This document shows positions 1-5,640 of a stretch of 10,094 nucleotides of DNA, piece after piece. The position numbers and the translations under genes were made by a program. The notes beneath the pieces were generated by a model. It did no database searches. It saw nothing but the letters and a program-made list of their open reading frames with translations, and had not been told where the DNA came from. Source of the stretch: Fidelibacterota bacterium (GTDB lineage Bacteria; Fidelibacterota; Marinisomatia; Marinisomatales; TCS56). The first letter of the stretch is position 1, and each line of letters opens with the position of its first letter. The stretch covers positions 1 to 10,094 of the forward strand of contig JBDRBK010000171.1 of the NCBI GenBank assembly GCA_043822705.1, read 5' to 3'.

Positions 1-572
1 CCCCGGCTGCCGCCGATTTCCTCATCATGACCGAAAGCCAGCAGCACGGTCCGTTCCGGCTGGAAATTCTGTTGCAGCAGGTATTCCACCGCCTCCAGGA
101 TCCCCAGCACACAGGATTTATCATCCAGCGTGCCGCGTCCGATGACAGTATTATCATGGATCACTCCGGCAAACGGCGGTGTCCGCCAGGCCACGGAATC
201 GGCCGGCACTACGTCGGTGTGCCCCAACAACAGCAGCGGCTCCAGCGCCGGATCGGAACCGGTCCAGGTGTACAGCAGGCTGTAGTCGTTGACGATTTCC
301 CGCTGCAGGTGATTATGCACCGACGGAAAGGCTTCCGCCAGATAGGCGTTCAGAGCCAGAAAAGCGGCGCTTTCGGTGGGCGCCGTCTCGCTATAAGAAA
401 CAGTCGGAAATCGCAGCGCCCCGGCCAGCCGTTCCATAACTGCGGCCTGGTCCAGTTCCGGTAGGGACGCCGGTTCGACCTGAACCTGAAAGGAAAGCCG
501 TGCGCAACCGGCCAGAAGCACCAGTACCGGAATCATTGATGGAAATCTGGATAACAATCGTGTCAAATTCAT
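1..572 (-). CDS. M20 family metallopeptidase/amidohydrolase (carboxypeptidase S / PM20D1-like), predicted lipoprotein; 3' end outside the window
   Basis: Not in the ORF track; translated by hand from ATG at 572: MNLTRLLSRFPSMIPVLVLLAGC...LAGALRFPTVS...SLLYTWTGSDPALEPLLLLGHTDVVP...PPFAG...GRGTLDDK...PERTVLLAFGHDEEIGG. The HxD, GRGxxDDK and DEE motifs are the M20 metal-binding and catalytic motifs. Lipobox LAGC (Cys23). Starts 3 nt after the murB stop, with SD-like AGGTG overlapping that stop. Confidence 0.93.
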   Translation of the reverse strand, partial: MNLTRLLSRFPSMIPVLVLLAGCARLSFQVQVEPASLPELDQAAVMERLAGALRFPTVSYSETAPTESAAFLALNAYLAEAFPSVHNHLQREIVNDYSLLYTWTGSDPALEPLLLLGHTDVVPADSVAWRTPPFAGVIHDNTVIGRGTLDDKSCVLGILEAVEYLLQQNFQPERTVLLAFGHDEEIGGSR

Positions 573-575
573 TTT

Positions 576-1592
576 TCACCTGATAATTTTTACTTCGGGA
601 TGTAGCGTGACGGCAAATTTCTGCCGGACCGAGTCGACGATATCATCGGCCAGCCGGACCAGTTCCGGGCCGCTGGCGCCGCCGTAATTCACCAGCACCA
701 GGGCGTGTTTTTCATAAACGCCGCAATTGCCGCGCCGTTTACCTTTCCAGCCACAACGCTCGATCAACCAGGCGGCGGATATTTTAAATTCCTCGGTACC
801 AGTTACATACAGCGGTACATCCGGGTACCGGGACCGCAAATTTTCGGCAGCGGCGGCAGGGATGACAGGATTCTTGAAAAAGCTGCCGCCGTTGCCCAAC
901 TGCAACGGGTCTGGCAATTTACCGCGGCGAATTTCGCTGACGGCGGCCAGCACAGCGGCGGCGGTCGGTTGCGCAATTCCGCTTCTCTCCAGATGACCGG
1001 CCAGATCACCGTATTCCAGCCGCGGCATAAATTGTTTTTCCAGTCGCAACATCACCTGCAGAATCACCAGCTGCGGATTGGCCTTGAAGAAGCTGTCGCG
1101 ATAACCGAAACCACCGGCGGCGGCTGTGTATTCCGACACGCGACCATCAGTAAGATTGAATGCCGTCAGGGAATGGAATACATCAGATAGTTCCACGCCA
1201 TAGGCGCCGATATTCTGGACCGGGGCGGCTCCGACTGTCCCTGGGATCAGGGCCAGGTTTTCGATCCCGCTCCAGCCGGCGGCGACAGTGTACTCGACCA
1301 GCGCCGGCCAGTCCTCCCCAGCCCCAACATCCAGCCAGATGTACTGCTCATTCTGCTCGGCAATGCGGATATCGGCAGCGGCGATCTTCAACAGCCAGCC
1401 GTCAAAATCCCCGGCAAACAAGATATTGCTGCCGTGCCCCAGCGTCAACAGGTTCCCTGCCGTAAAATCGGGCCGGGCCAGCAATTCTTCCAGGTCGGCC
1501 GACGTATCGATCACTGCCAGCCGGCGCCCGCGGGCCGGCACCCGGAAAGTACTCAGTCCGCTCAGGTCGACATTTTCAGTCACGCGCAGCAT
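576..1592 (-). CDS. murB: UDP-N-acetylenolpyruvoylglucosamine reductase (UDP-N-acetylmuramate dehydrogenase), long type I form
   Basis: Motifs LGxGSNILF, GAGExW, GIENLALIPGTVGAAPVQNIGAYG, FGYRDSFFK, GSFFKNP (catalytic Ser), SAAWLIE, HALVLVNYG and C-terminal LxPEV. 338 aa, with the LxYGDL loop of E. coli-type enzymes. Confidence 0.98.
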   Translation of the reverse strand: MLRVTENVDLSGLSTFRVPARGRRLAVIDTSADLEELLARPDFTAGNLLTLGHGSNILFAGDFDGWLLKIAAADIRIAEQNEQYIWLDVGAGEDWPALVEYTVAAGWSGIENLALIPGTVGAAPVQNIGAYGVELSDVFHSLTAFNLTDGRVSEYTAAAGGFGYRDSFFKANPQLVILQVMLRLEKQFMPRLEYGDLAGHLERSGIAQPTAAAVLAAVSEIRRGKLPDPLQLGNGGSFFKNPVIPAAAAENLRSRYPDVPLYVTGTEEFKISAAWLIERCGWKGKRRGNCGVYEKHALVLVNYGGASGPELVRLADDIVDSVRQKFAVTLHPEVKIIR

Positions 1593-1602
1593 AGTAACAA
1601 AC

Positions 1603-2154
1603 CTATCGCCGTTTGCTCAACCGGCGCTGGGTCCATAAGATACCAATTATGGTCTTTACGTCGGTGATGGTGCCGTTGGTGGCCATAGTCACTGCCGTTT
1701 CCAGGGGTACCGGATATAGCTCGATGAATTCATCGTGGTCGAGGTTGTTTTCCGTGGCGGTCAGCTCATCCGCCAGACAGATCCACATGTGTTCATCACT
1801 ATAGCCGACACAGGGATCGATTTCACCTAAAAGGGTAAGACGTCCCACACTATATCCGATTTCCTCGATCAGTTCACGGTGAGCGGCTGTCAGGTAGTCC
1901 TCTCCGGGGTCCAGTTTGCCGGCCGGCAGCTCGATCATTACCTTCCGCACGGGATAGCGGTATTGCCGGATCAACACGATCCGGCCATCAGGCAGAATCG
2001 GCACCAACGCCACCGCCCCGGGATGCCGGGTGTACTCCCGGGTGGAGGTGCTGCCGTCGGGCAGCCGTACCTGGTCGCTGTATATCTCCAGCAGATGTCC
2101 TTTGAAAATCAGCTGGGAAGCAAGCGTCTCTTCGTGCAGGTGTTTATCGTTCAT
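1603..2154 (-). CDS. nudF: Nudix hydrolase, ADP-ribose pyrophosphatase (NudF)-like
   Basis: Complete Nudix box GKLDPGEDYLTAAHRELIEEIGY (GX5EX7REUXEEXGU), plus ADPRase-subfamily features VRLPDG, RE...HPGAV, RQYRYP, ELPAG, LDxDEFIE and IxDxKT. Substrate is inferred. Confidence 0.9.
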   Translation of the reverse strand: MNDKHLHEETLASQLIFKGHLLEIYSDQVRLPDGSTSTREYTRHPGAVALVPILPDGRIVLIRQYRYPVRKVMIELPAGKLDPGEDYLTAAHRELIEEIGYSVGRLTLLGEIDPCVGYSDEHMWICLADELTATENNLDHDEFIELYPVPLETAVTMATNGTITDVKTIIGILWTQRRLSKRR

Positions 2155-2222
2155 CGGGTTTTAATTTATTAACGGCAGGTCATTAAATTAATCTGTCCGG
2201 CATTATGAATACCCTAATGGCG

Positions 2223-2251
2223 GAAGTGCGGCCGTTTATCAGCCGCACTTC
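2223..2251 (-). terminator. GC-rich stem-loop (possible atypical terminator or mRNA stabiliser)
   Basis: Perfect 10-bp inverted repeat GAAGTGCGGC (2223-2232) / GCCGCACTTC (2242-2251) with a 9-nt loop, downstream of the YtfJ-like gene. No U-tract follows on either strand, so terminator function is uncertain. Confidence 0.45.
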
Positions 2252-2281
2252 ATCACTCATAACTAATAATGGCACTTTCAG

Positions 2282-2311
2282 GATTGAGACTTGGAGAAAG
2301 ACGTCTCAATC
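2282..2311 (-). repeat. Inverted repeat / stem-loop immediately after the YtfJ-like stop codon
   Basis: Perfect 9-bp inverted repeat GATTGAGAC (2282-2290) / GTCTCAATC (2303-2311) with a 12-nt loop, beginning 2 nt after the TGA at 2314-2316. Confidence 0.6.
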
Positions 2312-2313
2312 GA

Positions 2314-2850
2314 TCAGTTAGTATCTTTTTTCTGGAGATCGATAATCAGATCAATATATTTCTGAACATCCGCTTCCGGTACTCTATCCTTGATTACCGC
2401 TCTTACAATCCGGTCCTGATCCACTATTACAATATTGTAGGAGTCCTTCTTCAAATCCCAGGCTTCTCTCATTACTGCATCATAATCGAACAGGATGGTT
2501 GTATCGAATTTCTTGGCTTTACCGCCAGCGATTTTCCGGATTAAAATATCAGGTTTCCAGGTAGCGGCACAGTCGACAATTCCGAATCCTTTAAATGTCT
2601 CCCGGTCGATTATTTTTGTACTGTCAACTGCATATTTAATGGCATCGTTGAAATGTTCATTCAATTCAGATTCGTCCGGATCGACATAATTGATCTGAAG
2701 AATTTTTCCCGGCCAGGAATCCATGGTGAACGCTTTGCCATCGGCATCGGGGAATGTCCAATCCGGAGCTTTTTCTCCCACCGTTAATTGTGCCATCAAT
2801 CCGGTTGCACAAATTAGTAAAGCTATCAGAACAGCAAGACCCTTTTTCAT
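2314..2850 (-). CDS. Exported thioredoxin-fold (redoxin/YtfJ-like) protein lacking CxxC
   Basis: Signal peptide MKKGLAVLIALLICATGLMA|Q. Redoxin-style start VGEKAPDWTFPDADGK...GK and end DxDxxxxxAWDL...IVIVDQDRIVR. YVDPD occupies the usual CxxC region. Strong SD upstream. Confidence 0.75.
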   Translation of the reverse strand: MKKGLAVLIALLICATGLMAQLTVGEKAPDWTFPDADGKAFTMDSWPGKILQINYVDPDESELNEHFNDAIKYAVDSTKIIDRETFKGFGIVDCAATWKPDILIRKIAGGKAKKFDTTILFDYDAVMREAWDLKKDSYNIVIVDQDRIVRAVIKDRVPEADVQKYIDLIIDLQKKDTN

Positions 2851-2854
2851 TGTT

Positions 2855-2862
2855 CCTCCTTA
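2855..2862 (-). promoter_or_regulatory. Shine-Dalgarno site of the YtfJ-like gene
   Basis: Minus strand reads TAG-T-TAAGGAGG-AACA-ATG: a full consensus SD 4 nt before the ATG at 2850. Confidence 0.85.
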
Positions 2863-2863
2863 A

Positions 2864-3673
2864 CTAGAAATATTCGATGTAGGTGATTTTCAACTCACGG
2901 TTGAAGTAGTCGACTTTATCCTTATCAAACAGCAGGTTGTTAAACTCCAGTTCGATGTGCAGATGTTCGACAAAGGTCCAACGGATGGCGGCATTGAGAA
3001 AGCCACCCTTGTTCAGTGCCAGCGATTGAACGGTTTGATCGTTATCATTCAGCGCGGCGTTGTATTCCAGCAGCAGGGCGAATTCCGGATTCAATTCGGC
3101 ATCGGCGCCGAAAAACAGGTTGATATCCTTGTCACCGTCGCTGGTCTCGGTAAAATTGTAATTCAGGCCGCCGTGAAACCCGGCATTGCCCAGCAGAAAA
3201 CGCCAGTTCTTGCTGGCCGCGGCATAGACGCCGTAGGCCTTCACGTCGTAACGCTTGAGCGAATCGGCGGGATGATACTGCCCGAATCCCTGGGTGTCCA
3301 GTCCGATAGCAACGCCCGGAACGGACCCGGTCTCGTCGATCAGGCGGTATTTGAGATTGGCCTCGGGCCGGGGATAGGGCGTCGGTTCGTTGTCGCCGAT
3401 CAACTGGCTGGCACCGTAGGAAATGCCGAACATGAACCGGTCGGTGAGACCAGCCGCCAGTCCGGCCGTAAGACTGCCGTTTTTCTGCAGGCGCATGTCC
3501 ACGGCGAAACTGCCCCGGACCAGCGTGCCGGCGGTCGGCACGGTGATCAGACTGGTGGGCGGCGGGTAGGCCGCCTGCTGGGCCGAAACACTGACTGACA
3601 GCATCAAAACCGCCAAAAGAATGAATTGATAACGATTTGGTTTACCTGCGGAATACATTAATTGTGTTCCCAT
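2864..3673 (-). CDS. YjbH-domain-like outer-membrane beta-barrel protein
   Basis: Signal peptide ending VSA|QQ. LITVPTAGTLxxG and LKYRLIDE...PGVAIG resemble YjbH-like barrels. Amphipathic beta-strands and C-terminal beta-signal ITYIEYF. The start may instead be the ATG at 3658. Confidence 0.65.
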   Translation of the reverse strand: MGTQLMYSAGKPNRYQFILLAVLMLSVSVSAQQAAYPPPTSLITVPTAGTLVRGSFAVDMRLQKNGSLTAGLAAGLTDRFMFGISYGASQLIGDNEPTPYPRPEANLKYRLIDETGSVPGVAIGLDTQGFGQYHPADSLKRYDVKAYGVYAAASKNWRFLLGNAGFHGGLNYNFTETSDGDKDINLFFGADAELNPEFALLLEYNAALNDNDQTVQSLALNKGGFLNAAIRWTFVEHLHIELEFNNLLFDKDKVDYFNRELKITYIEYF

Positions 3674-3703
3674 GATGTTATTTCTTGAAAATCGATTAAG
3701 TTC

Positions 3704-3744
3704 AATTTAATCCCGGTATTCAGGGAAAAGCAACCTTGTTGCTT
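3704..3744 (-). promoter_or_regulatory. Small hairpin overlapping a possible sigma70-type promoter for the YjbH-like gene
   Basis: 7-bp inverted repeat AAGCAAC (3728-3734) / GTTGCTT (3738-3744), ending in a short T run on the minus strand. TTGCTT-N18-TAAATT (3733 to 3704) is a loose -35/-10 match in the AT-rich 87-nt spacer. Confidence 0.3.
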
Positions 3745-3760
3745 AGCAGGAATAATAAAA

Positions 3761-4744
3761 TCAGGGGTAAAGCCGTTCGCCATAGCGGGAAACGACCAGG
3801 CGTACTTTTTCCAGTGGCAGGGAATAGTCGACCCCCTCACCCGGCCGCTGGAATTGCAAAATTGGTCCCGCCAGACCGATGAAATTGATATCCAGTTCTT
3901 CCCCGGTTTTCAGCACCAGGCGGTCCCATTCGGTTTTTGGGATCAGGGTCTGGTAGGGCAATTGACTCTTCTGGCGGCCGATTTCACTCATGATCAGTTC
4001 GACTTCATCGAGAATGTTACCGGTCCGGGGGGGCGGCACCTTGTAAAGCTGGTCCGCCGGCGCCATCGCCAGGGCTACGTCACTGACCATTTTCCCCTGC
4101 CGATTATACTCAGTCAGGCGGATCGAATTGGCGGAATAATCCTGCTGGTAGCGGTACAGCCGGACGACCTTGTTGTCAGGCAGGGTCAGCCAGGATTCGG
4201 ACAACAGGCCGGCCTGATTGTCGTACTGGAACACGATCCGGCCGTAATCGGTGCCGTCCACAGTGCGGAAACCGATCGAGCCGACCCGGCCGTTGGCGGC
4301 AAAAGTAAAAGTGCTGTTCTGGTCGGTATAGGCCAGGTTCTGGTTGCCGATCGCGGTATATTCCCGGAACGCCCGACTCCAGGCTTCATCGGCGCCGTAC
4401 CGGATCACCTTCTCCACCTGTTTGACCTCGTTCAGGACGGCACGCTGCACCAGACGCCGCTGATTATCGTAGGAATAGAGTTCGTGGCCGGTGGCCAACC
4501 CCAGTTGATTGTAGCGGGTGACGAACAGCGGGTCGCCGGATTCACCATAGACCACTTCCAGATGCGCAATGCCGTTGCGGCTGGTCGCCAGCAGGGCGTT
4601 GTCGGCCAGAAAAGCACGATCGTCGCGGAAGTATTTGAAGTAGGCTACCTGTTCCTGGGCCGCCAGGACGCCCAACAAGACTGCCAGCAGAAAAATAAAA
4701 TATGCGCGCGCGCTCAGGGCGCAAATCTCCACGCCACCGGACAA
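3761..4744 (-). CDS. Exported hypothetical protein with YD-like beta-hairpin repeats and a small C-terminal beta domain
   Basis: 327-codon GC-rich ORF filling the gap in a co-directional cluster. Signal-like SARAYFIFLLAVLLGVLAA|Q. Repeated YGESG, YNQLG, YDNQRRLV, FAANGRV, YDNQAGLL and YNRQG. No N-terminal ATG; candidate starts are TTG 4744, GTG 4732 and CTG 4717. Confidence 0.8.
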   Translation of the reverse strand: MSGGVEICALSARAYFIFLLAVLLGVLAAQEQVAYFKYFRDDRAFLADNALLATSRNGIAHLEVVYGESGDPLFVTRYNQLGLATGHELYSYDNQRRLVQRAVLNEVKQVEKVIRYGADEAWSRAFREYTAIGNQNLAYTDQNSTFTFAANGRVGSIGFRTVDGTDYGRIVFQYDNQAGLLSESWLTLPDNKVVRLYRYQQDYSANSIRLTEYNRQGKMVSDVALAMAPADQLYKVPPPRTGNILDEVELIMSEIGRQKSQLPYQTLIPKTEWDRLVLKTGEELDINFIGLAGPILQFQRPGEGVDYSLPLEKVRLVVSRYGERLYP

Positions 4745-5640
4745 TGATCAGAAACATTCTCTTCGTATTGGTACCAGCCTCCATCCAGATATTCATCAAT
4801 GCGAATGACTCGGATTTCGGATTGTTCTTCTTCGGCTTCGTCAAACAATGGTGAAGTAATTAAGATATGATCAATATGGCTGGGCCAGGTTGGGTAGGAA
4901 AAACCTGATTTCGGTCCATTGGCGATATCCATGTCGATGAATTTAAAGCCGTCCGGTTGAGAAATGAAATTCCAGAATACATTATCGTTTTCATCGTCGG
5001 TCAATTCATCATTCCAGTCACCGATTATGATAACGTTATCCGTGGCCAGGTTCTGTTCAATATAATCCTCCAGCAGCAAGCAGGCCGACCGTCGGCGAGC
5101 TTCACTATCTGCGTCAGACATTGCTTTTAAATGATTATTGATAATGGTATATGATTCCCCGGATTTAGTTACGGTCAGCACATACGGTTCCCGGGGAAAT
5201 GCACTGCCTTCGGATTGATAAATTTCAACCGGTGGAGAGTCAACAAGCACTTGGTCCGTATTCACTATATATGCCAATTCCATCATGAATCCACCACTGT
5301 AATCTTTTGCCAAATATCCCAACCAACCGCCGTCCTGGTCAAGCTGATTCAGCCTATCTACAATTGCATAGAAACTGGGGCCATCACCAATTTCCTGAAA
5401 ACCTACCACATCGATTTGAAGATAGAAAATTATCTGGGCGACATAATCAACAGTCTGTTGACCAACCAAAGGAAATTCTTTTAGATTCCAGGTGACAACT
5501 TCCAGGGTGGAATCGGAGCCGAACTGTATTCCGCTAAGGCCATCGGGCACATCATCCAGCCGGGATTCAGTCGGCTTGGCACAGGCCGCCAATAGCAGTA
5601 AAACAGCCCCTGCCAGCAGGTACCGGGTGTGGAAAATCAT
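4714..5640 (-). CDS. Endonuclease/exonuclease/phosphatase (EEP, DNase I-like fold) family lipoprotein
   Basis: Lipobox LLAAC (Cys20). Full EEP motif set VVTWNL, DVVGFQEI, FPREP, NNHLK, IIGDWND, SYP...IDHILIT and SDHCPV. ATGA overlap with the upstream gene. Confidence 0.92.
   Translation of the reverse strand: MIFHTRYLLAGAVLLLLAACAKPTESRLDDVPDGLSGIQFGSDSTLEVVTWNLKEFPLVGQQTVDYVAQIIFYLQIDVVGFQEIGDGPSFYAIVDRLNQLDQDGGWLGYLAKDYSGGFMMELAYIVNTDQVLVDSPPVEIYQSEGSAFPREPYVLTVTKSGESYTIINNHLKAMSDADSEARRRSACLLLEDYIEQNLATDNVIIIGDWNDELTDDENDNVFWNFISQPDGFKFIDMDIANGPKSGFSYPTWPSHIDHILITSPLFDEAEEEQSEIRVIRIDEYLDGGWYQYEENVSDHCPVAWRFAP

Noticed and set aside
391..579. 62-aa minus-strand ORF overlapping the murB stop
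   Set aside because: It is an alternative frame over the M20 peptidase gene, which starts at 572 and carries clear family motifs.
2278..2316. TGA followed by a hairpin in a thioredoxin-fold gene, suggesting selenocysteine readthrough
   Set aside because: The TGA is at the natural C-terminus rather than a redox-motif position, and readthrough adds only SIETSFSKSQS before another TGA.
4027..4033. G7 homopolymer as a phase-variation tract
   Set aside because: It is short, encodes part of PPPR in a GC-rich gene, and the frame is intact.
4704..4713. (GC)5 dinucleotide run in the signal-peptide region
   Set aside because: Too short to support slippage, and it simply encodes Ser-Ala-Arg-Ala in frame.
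3761..4744. RHS/YD polymorphic toxin
   Set aside because: Too few repeats, no RHS core terminal motif, no toxin tip or immunity gene, and it has a Sec-type signal peptide.
3854..4747. Long plus-strand ORFs (297 aa here; also 27-464, 705-1190, 2957-3598, 5889-6590, 8372-8893)
   Set aside because: Each lies antisense to a better-supported minus-strand gene and has no recognisable motifs. These are typical shadow ORFs of GC-biased codon usage.
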